Positions 28,569 through 39,662 of a DNA stretch of 56,218 bases are shown in pieces. The notes beneath the pieces are model-generated. The model was given only the letters and a program-made list of their open reading frames with translations. It had not been told where the DNA came from and did no database searches. Source of the stretch: a virus. Lineage: Duplodnaviria; Caudoviricetes. A program made the translations under genes and the position numbers. Positions within the stretch are counted from its first letter, which is position 1. Each line of letters begins with the position of its first letter. The stretch lies in IMG/VR virus record IMGVR_UViG_3300021961_000121, positions 1 through 56,218 of that record; one strand, written 5' to 3'.

Positions 28569-31500
28569 TTAATAAGAACCACTAATGTAAGTTTCTACAA
28601 TCCAAATTTTATCACCGCTTTGATATCCGTGTTTTTTGAATGTAAGTTTGTTCAAAGAGTTGTTCCACTCAAAGTATCCACCGGCGAGGATATTACCCTT
28701 TTCACCAGAACCACCACCAACACCTTGAGCGCCGGCGCTACCACTATGACCTTGGTTACCTTTAGGGCCGGTATCACCAGCAGCACCGGTATTACCTTTA
28801 GGGCCAGTAGCGCCCGTTGAACCGGTAGCTCCCTTATTACCTTGAGCACCTTGGTTACCTTGAGGGCCCGTAGCACCCGTTGAACCGGTAGCTCCCTTAT
28901 TACCTTGAGCACCTTGGTTACCTTGAGGGCCCGTAGCACCCGTTGAACCAGTAGCTCCTTTATTACCATCTGCGCCAGTATTACCTTTAACACCTTGAGC
29001 ACCCACGGAACCAGTAACACCTTTGTTACCCACGGCGCCTTGAGAACCTTGAGAACCTTGAGAACCAATTGAGCCGGTTACACCTTTGTTACCAACGGCA
29101 CCAGTAACACCTTTAGGACCAGTACCACCTGTCGAACCTTGAGCACCCGTATTACCTTGAGCGCCAGTATTACCTTGAGGACCAGTACCACCTGTCGAAC
29201 CTTGAGCACCCGTATTACCTTGAGCGCCAGTATTACCTTGGGGGCCTGTGGCACCGGTTACACCTTTTGCACCCGTATTACCTTGAGCGCCTTGGTTACC
29301 TTGAGGACCAGTAGCACCAACCGAACCTTGAGCACCGGTTGCGCCCGAATTACCTTTAGCACCTTGAGCACCCGTAGCACCACCTGAACCAGTTATACCC
29401 TTGTTACCACTTGCACCTTGAGGACCTTGGTTACCTTGTCCACCACCAGCACCACTAATGTGGGTTGTATTTTTAACAATGGAAAGACCTGTTACATATC
29501 GTGCACCTGGGGTACTACCACCAGGGGTGTATCCCACATACCAACTGAATGTACCATTTGAATCCGCCGGAGATGTGATTGTATATTTTCTTCTTTCCCA
29601 AGTAAGCGTTTGTCCTAATTCTGCGTGGTATAATTGATATGAAGAAATTAATGTTCCAGTTTCATAGCCAGTAGCGACATTGTTTGCGGTATTATTAGCA
29701 AACATTCTCATATGGAACATACCGGTGTTTCCAATCCAATCAGGAGTAATAGCAACCCACAATTCACAAGTGTATTGTGTTGATGGTTGAATACCTTCCG
29801 ATATGTATACTTCATATTCAGTATTAGTACCACCCGAAGTGTTTTGTTCCATTACAAAGCCAGACCTACCACTTTCAGGGTTGTTAGCTAATGGAATTAC
29901 TATGTTTGTAGGATTTGAAATGGATTCATATCCAGGGTCCAATTGTCCATCAGAGAAGAATGGATTACGAACGGCGTTACCATCCGAACCAAGTACACCT
30001 TTAGGACCAGTACCACCGGTTACACCTTTAGGACCAGTAGCACCAGCCGAACCCGTTACACCTTTAGCACCTTGAGCGCCCGTAGAACCAGTTACTCCCT
30101 TATTACCAGCAGAACCTTGAGCACCTTGTGGGCCAGTAGCACCCTGATTACCCGTGGCACCTTTGTTACCTGCGTCACCGGTATTACCTTTAACACCTTG
30201 AGCACCTGTGGAGCCAGTTACACCTTTATTTCCGGCAGAACCTTGAGCACCTTGAGAGCCCTGGTCACCTTGAGCACCTTGAGGACCAGTAACACCGGCA
30301 GAACCTTGAGCACCTTGAGCACCTTGAGAACCTTGTGGACCTTGAGCGCCCGTGTTGCCTGTGTTACCTTTATTACCTTGCGGACCAGTAGCACCTGTTG
30401 AACCCGTAACACCTTTATTTCCGGCAGAACCTTGAGCACCTTGAGAACCCTGGTCACCTTGAGCACCTTGAGGACCAGTAACACCGGCAGAACCTTGAGC
30501 ACCTTGAGCACCTTGAGAACCTTGTGGACCTTGAGCGCCCGTATTACCTTGAGCACCTTGGTTACCTTGAGGACCGGTAGCGCCTGTTGAGCCGGTGACA
30601 CCTTTATTACCGGCAGAACCTTGAGCACCTTGAGGACCAGTAGCACCACCAACTCCAATAACACCTTTATTACCAGCAGAACCTTGAGAACCTTGAGCAC
30701 CTTGAGAACCCGTTACACCTTTTGCGCCAGTATTACCTTGAGCACCTTGGTTACCTTGAGGACCGGTAGCACCAACCGAACCTTGAGCACCCGTATTACC
30801 TTGAGCACCTTGGTTACCTTGAGGACCGGTAGCGCCTGTTGAGCCGGTAACACCTTTATTACCAGCAGAACCTTGAGCGCCTTGAGCACCTTGAGAACCC
30901 GTTACACCTTTAGGACCAGTCGCACCTTGAGCACCTTGGTTACCTTGAGGACCGGTAGCGCCTGTTGAGCCAGTAACACCTTTATTACCAGCAGAACCTT
31001 GAGAACCTTGAGCACCTTGAGAACCCGTTACACCTTTTGCGCCAGTATTACCTTGAGCCCCTTGAGGACCTTGAGGGCCGGTCGCACCCGTTGAACCGGT
31101 AACCCCTTTGTTACCACTTGCACCCGTAGCGCCTTGTGGACCTGTAGCACCTGTGACACCCTTTGGACCTGTATTACCGGCAGCACCTTGAGCACCTTGT
31201 GGTCCTTGAGCACCTTGTGGTCCTTGAGCGCCAGTATTACCTGCCGAACCTTGAGAACCAAGAGAACCCATATTGCCTGAACGACCAATTTCAAATCCGT
31301 GTTGATACCAAGTACCACCGGCCGATTCGGATGGTCGTTTCCAATATATTCTTAAACCTTCACCACCACCATATTCTTGTGTTCTAACTCGTATTGAATA
31401 TGCAGTATTCGCAGTTAGTGAAATTGTTCCCGTAGTAGTTCCAAGTGCAGGAGTTCCCCTACCACCATAAAATGAAGCTACTACCGTATTATTAATTATC

Positions 31501-34409
31501 AATTCAACCGAATCATCCGATTCTGCGGTGAATGTATATGTACCTGTTTCTGAAGGATAGAATGTACCCCATACTTGAACTGCGAAGTATGACCCAACAT
31601 TTGGGACTCCGATACCAGCACCTGTCAATGTGGTATATGATGTCCAATCAAGTAATACGCTTCTATTAGAAATACCCTGCGAATATAAAGTGGAGTTTGT
31701 GTAATTCGCATCAAAAAATTTATTGAAATCATTACTATCTGTTGGATAGTAATAATATTGTGATGTAGAACCATTTCCGGCGTGAGTAGACCATACTTCA
31801 TAATTTAAAGTATCATATCCAAACAAACTTCCCTTGTTACCACTAGCGCCAGTAACACCTTTGTTACCTTGAGGACCGGTAGCGCCTGTTGAACCTTGGG
31901 CGCCAGTATTTCCCGCAGCACCTTGAGCACCTTGAGAACCCTGGTCACCTTGAGCACCTTGGGGGCCCGTATTACCGGCTGCGCCTTGAGCACCTTGAGG
32001 ACCTTGAGGGCCCGTAGCTCCTTGGTTTCCAGTAACACCTTTATTACCACTTGCGCCCGTAGCACCTTGTGGACCTGTAGCACCTTGGTTACCCGTAACA
32101 CCTTTATTACCCGCGGCTCCAGGATTACCATCTTCACCAATTCCACCTTGAGCGCCCGTGGAGCCGGTAACACCTTTGTTACCACTTGCACCCGTAGCAC
32201 CTTGAGGACCTGTAGCACCCGTGACACCTTTTGGACCTGTATTACCAACAGCGCCAGTAGAACCTTTAGGACCTTGACCACCTTGAGCACCGGTTGAACC
32301 AGTTACTCCCTTATTACCAGCAGAACCTTGAGCACCTTGTGGGCCAGTAGCACCTTGGTTACCGGTAGCACCTTTGTTTCCAGCTGCACCTTGAGGTCCT
32401 TGTGGGCCTTGTGGACCTTGAGCGCCGGTTGAACCTTGTGGGCCTGTAGCACCTGCTGCCCCTTGTGGGCCAGTTGGACCAGTCGCACCTTGGTTACCGG
32501 TAGCACCTTTGTTTCCAGCCGCACCTTGAATACCTTGAGCACCTGTAGCGCCTTGAGGACCAATTGGACCAGTAGCACCTTTTGGACCTGTATTACCGGC
32601 AGCACCTTGAGCACCTTGTGGTCCTTGAGCACCTTGAGGGCCGGTAGCACCTTTGTTTCCAGCAGCACCTTGAGGACCTTGGTTACCGATAGCCCCACCG
32701 GCTCCGGTGGCAGGTACACCATTATGACGCATAAATTTAACATCATAGAATGCTGACCCTGCGGTGTACATTGATGAATCTAAATAAAATGTTAGACCAG
32801 TACCGGCATATACAGTTCTTACTAAAAAGGTTTGAGCCGTAGAAGAATCATATACAAAGTATCTAATATATCCATCTATATGGTAGTGGATGAAAAATAT
32901 ATCAGCATTCGCCTCATATGGTCCAAAGAATTCACCACGATACGCACCATTTTCGTAAATTTGAGCATAGTTTCCGGCGTGTGGATACCAAGCATAGTCA
33001 ATTGAAGAATAAGATGCGTCTGTGGTTGGGTCAGTATTAAGACCCATCATTTTATATGTACTTGTGTTACATTTGAATGATACTAAAGCTCCATCAGAAA
33101 TACCTTGGTCAGAATACGCCTGAGTAGACCAACCACTTGCGTTTGGAGCGTCTATATTATATAATTGTGGACTACCATTTTGGTTTACATTGACTACCGT
33201 ACCACTCGTACTTATGGTGTAGTCGGCAGCGTTCGCACCTGTAGCACCTTGAGCACCTTGAGGACCTGTTGGACCAGTACCGCCTTGAGGGCCGGTAGCA
33301 CCTTGAGGACCGGTTGGTGATGGTCCTTGAGCACCTTGAGAACCTTGAGCACCTTGAGGTCCTTGAGCACCTTGAGGTCCTTGAACACCTTGAGGTCCTT
33401 GAGCACCTTGAGGTGAAGAACCGGTATTACCTTGAGCGCCCGTTGGGCCTGTTGGAGCAGAACCTTGAGCGCCCGTTGGGCCTGTTGCCCCAGCTGGACC
33501 ATTAGCACCTTGTGGGCCAGTAGCACCTTGTGGGCCTGTATTACCTTTAGACCCCGTACCACCTTGTGGACCAGTAGCTCCCGTAACACCTTTAGGACCT
33601 TGTGGGCCTGTTGGACCACTGGGTCCTGGAGCAGTATCTGGATCTAAACCATAACATTCTTCGCAGTTCGGATGCCATTCCATAACTTCCGCACCACAAT
33701 CGTATGGTGATTCCGGTTGATATCCTTCAACGAACCAACATTGTTCAGGGTCATATAAGTTAGGTGGTAATTCACCCTCATTACATTCGGGACCACTACA
33801 CGGACCAGGCATTAATTTAACATAGCTCGCAACGGGTGGGTCTATATTAAAACAATCAATGACTTGGACATTCATTCCTGAATCAGGAGGACCACAATCA
33901 GGCATACCACGGAACAAATACAAAGAGAACCCAGGTGGATTGTGTACAATGTAGTTGTTTAATAGGTAAACATCGACATCTTCAATGTCAATTGTCGTGA
34001 TTGTTTGATTTTGTAATGTATAAACTGAAGTGATTAATTCTTCAGTAATGACTCCATCTTCAAATTTGATTAAGGAGTCAGTATTAACACTAATGTCATT
34101 AGCGTATATAAATTTGTATGTACCACTACCATCCTTAATAAGGATTTTTTGATACAACCATACAATTATGTTACCACCATTAATTTCAAGTGTATCATAA
34201 GTGTTTGGGAATGTATATGCTTTTCGGACTGACGCTGAAGTGAGTGATGTAGAAGAAATATCAGTAGAAGTCCAAGTTTTCCAATCCGATTCGTTTAAAC
34301 CAAGACCAGGTAACTGAACACCCGCTACTAATGACCCACTTACAAGATTTTCTACGACTATTGATGATGAATCATATAATCGTACTAATTGTCCGTTTTT
34401 TACGCTCAT
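28569..34409 (-). CDS. Collagen-like fibre protein A: Hint domain, Cys-rich domain, four Gly-X-Y blocks separated by three globular domains (one PA14), short C-terminal domain
   Basis: ...[14 protein letters not shown]|P at aa 157; 8-Cys segment; long GXY runs; PA14 motif [27 protein letters not shown]. Confidence 0.88.
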   Translation of the reverse strand: MSVKNGQLVRLYDSSSIVVENLVSGSLVAGVQLPGLGLNESDWKTWTSTDISSTSLTSASVRKAYTFPNTYDTLEINGGNIIVWLYQKILIKDGSGTYKFIYANDISVNTDSLIKFEDGVITEELITSVYTLQNQTITTIDIEDVDVYLLNNYIVHNPPGFSLYLFRGMPDCGPPDSGMNVQVIDCFNIDPPVASYVKLMPGPCSGPECNEGELPPNLYDPEQCWFVEGYQPESPYDCGAEVMEWHPNCEECYGLDPDTAPGPSGPTGPQGPKGVTGATGPQGGTGSKGNTGPQGATGPQGANGPAGATGPTGAQGSAPTGPTGAQGNTGSSPQGAQGPQGVQGPQGAQGPQGAQGSQGAQGPSPTGPQGATGPQGGTGPTGPQGAQGATGANAADYTISTSGTVVNVNQNGSPQLYNIDAPNASGWSTQAYSDQGISDGALVSFKCNTSTYKMMGLNTDPTTDASYSSIDYAWYPHAGNYAQIYENGAYRGEFFGPYEANADIFFIHYHIDGYIRYFVYDSSTAQTFLVRTVYAGTGLTFYLDSSMYTAGSAFYDVKFMRHNGVPATGAGGAIGNQGPQGAAGNKGATGPQGAQGPQGAQGAAGNTGPKGATGPIGPQGATGAQGIQGAAGNKGATGNQGATGPTGPQGAAGATGPQGSTGAQGPQGPQGPQGAAGNKGATGNQGATGPQGAQGSAGNKGVTGSTGAQGGQGPKGSTGAVGNTGPKGVTGATGPQGATGASGNKGVTGSTGAQGGIGEDGNPGAAGNKGVTGNQGATGPQGATGASGNKGVTGNQGATGPQGPQGAQGAAGNTGPQGAQGDQGSQGAQGAAGNTGAQGSTGATGPQGNKGVTGASGNKGSLFGYDTLNYEVWSTHAGNGSTSQYYYYPTDSNDFNKFFDANYTNSTLYSQGISNRSVLLDWTSYTTLTGAGIGVPNVGSYFAVQVWGTFYPSETGTYTFTAESDDSVELIINNTVVASFYGGRGTPALGTTTGTISLTANTAYSIRVRTQEYGGGEGLRIYWKRPSESAGGTWYQHGFEIGRSGNMGSLGSQGSAGNTGAQGPQGAQGPQGAQGAAGNTGPKGVTGATGPQGATGASGNKGVTGSTGATGPQGPQGAQGNTGAKGVTGSQGAQGSQGSAGNKGVTGSTGATGPQGNQGAQGATGPKGVTGSQGAQGAQGSAGNKGVTGSTGATGPQGNQGAQGNTGAQGSVGATGPQGNQGAQGNTGAKGVTGSQGAQGSQGSAGNKGVIGVGGATGPQGAQGSAGNKGVTGSTGATGPQGNQGAQGNTGAQGPQGSQGAQGAQGSAGVTGPQGAQGDQGSQGAQGSAGNKGVTGSTGATGPQGNKGNTGNTGAQGPQGSQGAQGAQGSAGVTGPQGAQGDQGSQGAQGSAGNKGVTGSTGAQGVKGNTGDAGNKGATGNQGATGPQGAQGSAGNKGVTGSTGAQGAKGVTGSAGATGPKGVTGGTGPKGVLGSDGNAVRNPFFSDGQLDPGYESISNPTNIVIPLANNPESGRSGFVMEQNTSGGTNTEYEVYISEGIQPSTQYTCELWVAITPDWIGNTGMFHMRMFANNTANNVATGYETGTLISSYQLYHAELGQTLTWERRKYTITSPADSNGTFSWYVGYTPGGSTPGARYVTGLSIVKNTTHISGAGGGQGNQGPQGASGNKGITGSGGATGAQGAKGNSGATGAQGSVGATGPQGNQGAQGNTGAKGVTGATGPQGNTGAQGNTGAQGSTGGTGPQGNTGAQGNTGAQGSTGGTGPKGVTGAVGNKGVTGSIGSQGSQGSQGAVGNKGVTGSVGAQGVKGNTGADGNKGATGSTGATGPQGNQGAQGNKGATGSTGATGPQGNQGAQGNKGATGSTGATGPKGNTGAAGDTGPKGNQGHSGSAGAQGVGGGSGEKGNILAGGYFEWNNSLNKLTFKKHGYQSGDKIWIVETYISGSY

Positions 34410-34424
34410 ATTATATCTCTTCTA

Positions 34425-37400
34425 TTAGTAAGAACCACTTACATACATATGAAGAATGTATGTGTTTCCACCATTATTGAATTTCAAAACACCTCGTGTA
34501 GAATCCCAAGTTAAACCAGGAGATACATTACTAATTAATGTACCAAGAGCGTTTTCACCCTTTTGTCCTTTAGAACCTTGAGCGCCCGTAGCACCACCAG
34601 CACCTTGAGCGCCTTGAGCACCTTGAGGTGACGCTCCTTGAGCTCCCGTAGCACCTTGAGGACCTTGAGCACCTTGAGCGCCAGTCGGAGAACTACCTTG
34701 AGCACCTTGTGGTCCTTGAGGACCTTGTGCACCTTGAGCACCCGTTGGAGAAGCACCTTGAGCGCCAGTTGGACCTTGTGGGCCTTGTGCACCTTGAGCA
34801 CCTTGAGGACTTGAACCTTGAGCACCCGTGGCACCACCAGCACCTTGGGCACCTTGAGCACCCGTTGGTGAGGCACCTTGAGCTCCCGTAGCACCACCAG
34901 CACCTTGAGCACCTTGAGCACCCGTTGGTGAGGCACCTTGAGCACCCGTAGCACCTTGAGGACCTTGAGCACCTTGAGCACCTTGTGGTGAAGCACCTTG
35001 AGCGCCTTGTGGACCTTGAGGTCCTTGAGCACCTTGAGCGCCTGTTGGAGAACTACCTTGAGCACCTTGTGGTCCTTGTGGACCTTGTGCACCTTGAGCA
35101 CCTTGAGGACTTGAACCTTGAGCACCTTGTGGTCCTTGAGGACCTTGAGCACCTTGAGCACCTTGAGGTGAGGCTCCTTGAGCTCCCGTAGCACCTTGAG
35201 GACCTTGAGCACCTTGAGCGCCAGTCGGAGAACTACCTTGAGCGCCAGTTGGGCCCTGAGCACCCTGAGCACCTTGAGAACCCGTAGCTAAAGAACCTTG
35301 AGCACCTTGAGAACCTTGTGGACCTTGTGCACCTTGAGCACCTTGAGGACTTGAACCTTGAGCACCTGTGGCACCACCAGCACCTTGGGCACCTTGAGCA
35401 CCGGTTGGTGACGCACCTTGCGAACCAGTTGGACCTTGTGGACCTTGTGCACCTTGAGCACCTTGGGGTGAAGCACCTTGAGCACCGGTAGCCCCACCCG
35501 CACCTTGAGCACCTTGAGCACCGGTTGGTGAAGCACCTTGAGCACCTGTAGCACCTTGTGGGCCTGTATTACCTTTTGCACCTTGAGGACTTGCACCTTG
35601 AGCGCCCGTAGCACCACCAACACCTTGAGCACCTTGAGCACCTTGGGGTGAAGCACCTTGAGCACCTTGTGGTCCTTGAGGACCTTGTGCACCTTGAGCA
35701 CCGGTTGGTGAACTACCTTGAGCACCTGTAGCACCTTGTGGGCCTGTATTACCTTTTGCACCTTGAGGACTTGCACCTTGAGCACCCGTAGCACCGCCAA
35801 CACCTTGAGCACCTTGAGCACCTTGGGGTGAAGCACCTTGAGCACCTTGTGGTCCTTGAGGACCTTGAGCGCCTTGAGCACCTGTTGGAGAACTACCTTG
35901 AGCACCTTGTGGTCCTTGTGGACCTTGTGCACCTTGAGCACCTTGAGGACTTGAACCTTGAGCACCCGTAGCACCACCGGCACCTTGAGCACCTTGAGCA
36001 CCTTGTGGTGAAGCACCTTGAGCGCCAGTTGGACCTTGAGGTCCTTGAGCACCTTGAGCTCCCGTTGGAGAACTACCTTGAGCACCTTGTGGTCCTTGTG
36101 GACCTTGTGCACCTTGAGCACCTGTTGGAGAACTACCTTGAGCACCCGTAGCACCACCGGCACCTTGAGCACCTTGAGCACCTTGTGGTGAAGCACCTTG
36201 AGCGCCAGTTGGACCCTGTGGACCTTGTGCACCTTGAGCACCTTGAGGACTTGAACCTTGAGCACCCGTAGCACCGCCGGCGCCTTGAGCACCTTGAGCA
36301 CCTTGTGGTGAAGCACCTTGAGCACCGGTTGGACCTTGAGGTCCTTGAGCACCTTGAGCTCCCGTTGGAGAACTACCTTGAGCACCTTGTGGTCCTTGAG
36401 GACCTTGTGCACCTTGAGCACCTTGAGGACTACTACCTTGAGCACCTTGAGGACCAGTCGCACCTTGTGGACCAGTAGCACCTTGTGGGGATGCACCCTG
36501 AGCTCCTTGAGAACCTACTGCACCTTGAGCACCTGTAGCACCTTGGGGTGAAGCACCTTGAGCACCCGTAGCACCTTGTGGTCCTTGAGGACCTTGAGCG
36601 CCTTGAGCACCGGTTGGGGAAGCGCCTTGAGCACCTGTAGCACCTTGTGGGCCTGTATTACCTTTTGCACCTTGTGGAGAAGCACCTTGAGCACCCGTAG
36701 CACCTTGTGGTCCTTGAGGACCTTGTGCACCTTGAGCACCTTGAGGACTACTACCTTGAGCACCTTGTGGTCCTTGAGGACCTTGAGCACCTTGAGCACC
36801 TTGGGGTGAAGCACCTTGAGCACCCTGTGGTCCTTGCGGACCTGTAGCACCTTGAGCACCTTGAGCACCTTGAGGACTTGCACCTTGAGCACCTTGTGAA
36901 CCTTGAGGTCCTTGTGCACCTGTAGCACCTTGTGGTGAAGAACCTTGAGCGCCTTGGTTACCTTGAGGACCGGTAGCACCTTGAGCTCCTTGAGCACCTT
37001 GAGGACTACTACCTTGAGCACCTTGTGGACCTTGAGGACCTTGTGCGCCTGTAGCACCTTGCGGACTTGAACCTTGAGCACCCGTAGCACCTTGAGGACC
37101 GGTAGCACCTTGAGCACCTTGAGCGCCGGTTGGTGAACTACCTTGAGCACCTTGAGGACCAGTTGGACCTTGTGCACCTTGAGCACCCTGAGGACTTGAA
37201 CCTTGAGCACCCGTAGCACCTTGAGGACCTTGTGCGCCTGTAGCACCTTGTGCGCCTGTAGCACCTTGTGGACTTGCACCTTGAGCGCCGGTTGGACCAG
37301 TAGCACCTTGTGGACCAGTAGCACCTTGTGGACTTGCGCCTTGAGCACCTTGTGGACCTTGTGCACCTTGAGCACCTTGAGCACCTTGTGGTGCGGTTTG

Positions 37401-38213
37401 TACTGCTCCTTGAGCACCCGTAGCACCTTGTGGACCTTTAGGACCAACAGGACCTTGTGCACCTGTAGCACCTTGAGCACCAGTCGGACCGGCAGCTCCA
37501 GCCGCACCTTGAGGGCCGGTAGCACCTTGAGGGCCGGTAGCACCTTGAGGACCGGTAGCACCTTGAGGACCTTGATAACCTTGAGCACCGGTAGGACCAG
37601 TTGGACCGGTAGCACCTTTAGCACCTTGAGGGCCGGTAGGACCATCAGCACCTTTAGCACCTTGTTGACCTTGAGCTCCTTGAGGACCTTGAGCTCCTTG
37701 AGGACCTTGTGCACCTGTAGCACCTTGAGCTCCTTGGGGACCGGTAGGACCTTGACCACCTTGAGCACCTGTAGCACCTTGTGGGCCGGTAGGACCTGTT
37801 GGACCAGTGGGACCTGTGTTGTGAAGGAGGACTCCACCAACATAATAGTTGTGGTCAGGTTCTACTTCAATGGATATAAAATATGTCGGGTCTTCTACAT
37901 ACGATACCGATAAAATTTCAATATCGTTATGAAGAGTTGTATTATTATTGTATGCGTTTATCGGAGAAACCCAATCGCCCATTAGGGAAAGGACTTTGGA
38001 ATCTACTGATAAGTTGGATGTTGTACCATCCGAAAATTTTACTTGGATGTAGTCGTTTAATTCTCTATGGAATACGCTTACTACTTTGTTTTCTCTAACG
38101 GAACGAGTTGATAAATCATAACCCTTTACGGTATCACCAACTTGGATATTAGAAATAGGTGTAAGAACTCCGTTGATTTCAAGTAAAGTGTCTTTATGTA
38201 AACCGTGTATCAT
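34425..38213 (-). CDS. Collagen-like fibre protein B: Hint domain, about 1,090 aa of periodically interrupted Gly-X-Y, short C-terminal domain
   Basis: I..IQVGDTV...[12 protein letters not shown]|TGPTGPT at aa 132; GAQ/GPQ/GAT repeats. Confidence 0.88.
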   Translation of the reverse strand: MIHGLHKDTLLEINGVLTPISNIQVGDTVKGYDLSTRSVRENKVVSVFHRELNDYIQVKFSDGTTSNLSVDSKVLSLMGDWVSPINAYNNNTTLHNDIEILSVSYVEDPTYFISIEVEPDHNYYVGGVLLHNTGPTGPTGPTGPQGATGAQGGQGPTGPQGAQGATGAQGPQGAQGPQGAQGQQGAKGADGPTGPQGAKGATGPTGPTGAQGYQGPQGATGPQGATGPQGATGPQGAAGAAGPTGAQGATGAQGPVGPKGPQGATGAQGAVQTAPQGAQGAQGAQGPQGAQGASPQGATGPQGATGPTGAQGASPQGATGAQGATGAQGPQGATGAQGSSPQGAQGAQGPTGPQGAQGSSPTGAQGAQGATGPQGATGAQGSSPQGATGAQGPQGPQGAQGSSPQGAQGAQGATGPQGNQGAQGSSPQGATGAQGPQGSQGAQGASPQGAQGAQGATGPQGPQGAQGASPQGAQGAQGPQGPQGAQGSSPQGAQGAQGPQGPQGATGAQGASPQGAKGNTGPQGATGAQGASPTGAQGAQGPQGPQGATGAQGASPQGATGAQGAVGSQGAQGASPQGATGPQGATGPQGAQGSSPQGAQGAQGPQGPQGAQGSSPTGAQGAQGPQGPTGAQGASPQGAQGAQGAGGATGAQGSSPQGAQGAQGPQGPTGAQGASPQGAQGAQGAGGATGAQGSSPTGAQGAQGPQGPQGAQGSSPTGAQGAQGPQGPTGAQGASPQGAQGAQGAGGATGAQGSSPQGAQGAQGPQGPQGAQGSSPTGAQGAQGPQGPQGAQGASPQGAQGAQGVGGATGAQGASPQGAKGNTGPQGATGAQGSSPTGAQGAQGPQGPQGAQGASPQGAQGAQGVGGATGAQGASPQGAKGNTGPQGATGAQGASPTGAQGAQGAGGATGAQGASPQGAQGAQGPQGPTGSQGASPTGAQGAQGAGGATGAQGSSPQGAQGAQGPQGSQGAQGSLATGSQGAQGAQGPTGAQGSSPTGAQGAQGPQGATGAQGASPQGAQGAQGPQGPQGAQGSSPQGAQGAQGPQGPQGAQGSSPTGAQGAQGPQGPQGAQGASPQGAQGAQGPQGATGAQGASPTGAQGAQGAGGATGAQGASPTGAQGAQGAGGATGAQGSSPQGAQGAQGPQGPTGAQGASPTGAQGAQGPQGPQGAQGSSPTGAQGAQGPQGATGAQGASPQGAQGAQGAGGATGAQGSKGQKGENALGTLISNVSPGLTWDSTRGVLKFNNGGNTYILHMYVSGSY
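34570..37390 (-). repeat. Degenerate coding tandem repeat, mostly 60 bp (20 aa)
   Basis: Successive 60-nt lines align in register from about 34570 to 36540; unit G[AS]SP[QT] plus five GXY triplets, with 17- and 23-aa variants further 5'. Confidence 0.9.
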
Positions 38214-38229
38214 TTCTATATCCTAACTA

Positions 38230-39279
38230 TTAGTTGTTAACTCTAAATGCTACTTGAATAGCGTATAAATCAGAGCCATTACCAAACTTATTCAAATCTA
38301 ATGTAACCCTATCCCCTTTTGCGAATGGATAACCATTACCAAAAGTGAATACTACATTATTACCGGCAGCACCCAACATAGTAGTTACAGCACCACCAAC
38401 AGGCCCACCATTTGTGAACATAGTAATTTCAAAGTTATCAGGAGGAGTATTAGTAGTTTCTGGCGAAACATACACTTCACCAATATATCCGGCAGCAGGA
38501 GCGGTCCACACAGCAAACGCCTGATTATTGACTTGTAAATCGGTTGTAGTTCCCCACGGCATTGAACCTTGTCCTTGACCTTTGAAGTCAACATAGGTTT
38601 GATGTGGGTGGATATTTTCAGTAATTTGAGCTGATGATGAAATAACACCTTCAGTATTCAATTTTGTTTTAACACCTGATGTGAAGGTTGTGGATGTGGT
38701 ATCCAATTGGATGTTATCTGCGTTTACAATGATACCATTGTTAGCAGATGCAACATTTATTGTTCTATTTGCAGCAATTGTACCACCACCAGTAAGACCA
38801 TTACCTGCGGTGATGGATACTGTGGAGTGGTCGATGTGTTCGTTAGCAACAAATCCGGTTGTAGAGTCGTGGTCGATTTGAACTGATGATGAAATAACAC
38901 CTTCAGTATTCAATTTTGTTTTAACTCCGTTTGTAAATGTTGCGGATGTAGTATCTAATGATAATGTCCGTGTTGCTGCAATCGTACCACCACCACTTAA
39001 ACCATTCCCTGCCGTAATAGACACCGTGGAGTGGTCAATGTGTTCATTTGCTACGAACCCTGTTGTTGAGTCGTGGTCGATTTGAACTGATGATGATATC
39101 AACCCACCTGGATTAATATCAGACAAGACATTAGCGCCTGTCCTAAAATCAACATTCCCTGCACTATCAAGTACAAGGAACTTGTCTGTGTCAAGTCCGG
39201 CGTTAACTACGCTGGACAAATTTAACGAGTTTAATGATGCATCACTTCCGGAGGTGATGACTTTTTTCCAACTTGGCAT
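38230..39279 (-). CDS. Virion fibre/structural protein with internal duplication
   Basis: ISSSVQIDHDSTTGFVANEHIDHSTVSITAGNGL twice; N-terminus WKKVITSGS. Confidence 0.7.
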   Translation of the reverse strand: MPSWKKVITSGSDASLNSLNLSSVVNAGLDTDKFLVLDSAGNVDFRTGANVLSDINPGGLISSSVQIDHDSTTGFVANEHIDHSTVSITAGNGLSGGGTIAATRTLSLDTTSATFTNGVKTKLNTEGVISSSVQIDHDSTTGFVANEHIDHSTVSITAGNGLTGGGTIAANRTINVASANNGIIVNADNIQLDTTSTTFTSGVKTKLNTEGVISSSAQITENIHPHQTYVDFKGQGQGSMPWGTTTDLQVNNQAFAVWTAPAAGYIGEVYVSPETTNTPPDNFEITMFTNGGPVGGAVTTMLGAAGNNVVFTFGNGYPFAKGDRVTLDLNKFGNGSDLYAIQVAFRVNN

Positions 39280-39297
39280 ATCCTTTATCCTATCTTG

Positions 39298-39344
39298 TGG
39301 TTGGAAACACTTTCGTGCCCACTTCCCTTTCGGGCCTACAACCA
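39298..39344 (-). ncRNA. Candidate structured cis-regulatory RNA (three-way junction, two GAAA tetraloops)
   Basis: Minus strand UGGUUG-UAGG-CCC GAAA GGG-AAGU-GGGCAC GAAA GUGUUU-C-CAACCA, between a late motif and the ATG. Confidence 0.6.
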
Positions 39345-39388
39345 GGGTTTAACTTGAGTTACTCCATAATAAATAGTTTTATAGAAAT

Positions 39389-39414
39389 AAAAAACCCCAC
39401 CGAAGTGGGGTTTT
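39389..39414 (-). terminator. Intrinsic terminator
   Basis: AAAACCCCAC-TTCG-GTGGGGTTTTTT on minus strand. Confidence 0.88.
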
Positions 39415-39440
39415 CTTTATTAGCAAAATCTATAAATTAT

Positions 39441-39641
39441 TTATTTCATTTTAGCTAATTCACTTTGCAATTTAACAGCAAGTTTGTAAACTGATTCTAC
39501 TTGTTTACCTTTAAAAGTAGCTTCACCCAATCCGATGAGAAGTGCCTCAACCTCACCTTTGGTAAGATTGAGGGTCACTTCACCTTCAGATTTATTTAAA
39601 ACCTCTTTAGGTTGTAAACCAAGTTTAGATGCTATACCCAT
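39441..39641 (-). CDS. Small hypothetical protein (possible fibre chaperone)
   Basis: 66 aa, directly after fibre gene and before terminator. Confidence 0.65.
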   Translation of the reverse strand: MGIASKLGLQPKEVLNKSEGEVTLNLTKGEVEALLIGLGEATFKGKQVESVYKLAVKLQSELAKMK

Positions 39642-39662
39642 AACTAATCTCGTTACAAGTTA

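Noticed and set aside
34570-37390. Regular 60-bp periodicity resembling a CRISPR array
   Set aside because: No constant repeat with unique spacers; it is in-frame coding sequence, and no cas genes are present.
28652-37913. Many ORFs such as VLKVLKV..., STLSTL... and LEHLEHL...
   Set aside because: Alternative-frame and antisense shadows of the GGT-GCT-CAA collagen repeats.
33939-38213. Hint domains as classical mobile inteins
   Set aside because: No N-extein, no endonuclease, degenerate block B, and one has Pro at +1; splicing is unlikely.
39298-39344. Hammerhead ribozyme or tRNA
   Set aside because: Lacks the CUGANGA core and cloverleaf/TTC features. I saw no tRNA in the window, though tRNAscan was not run.
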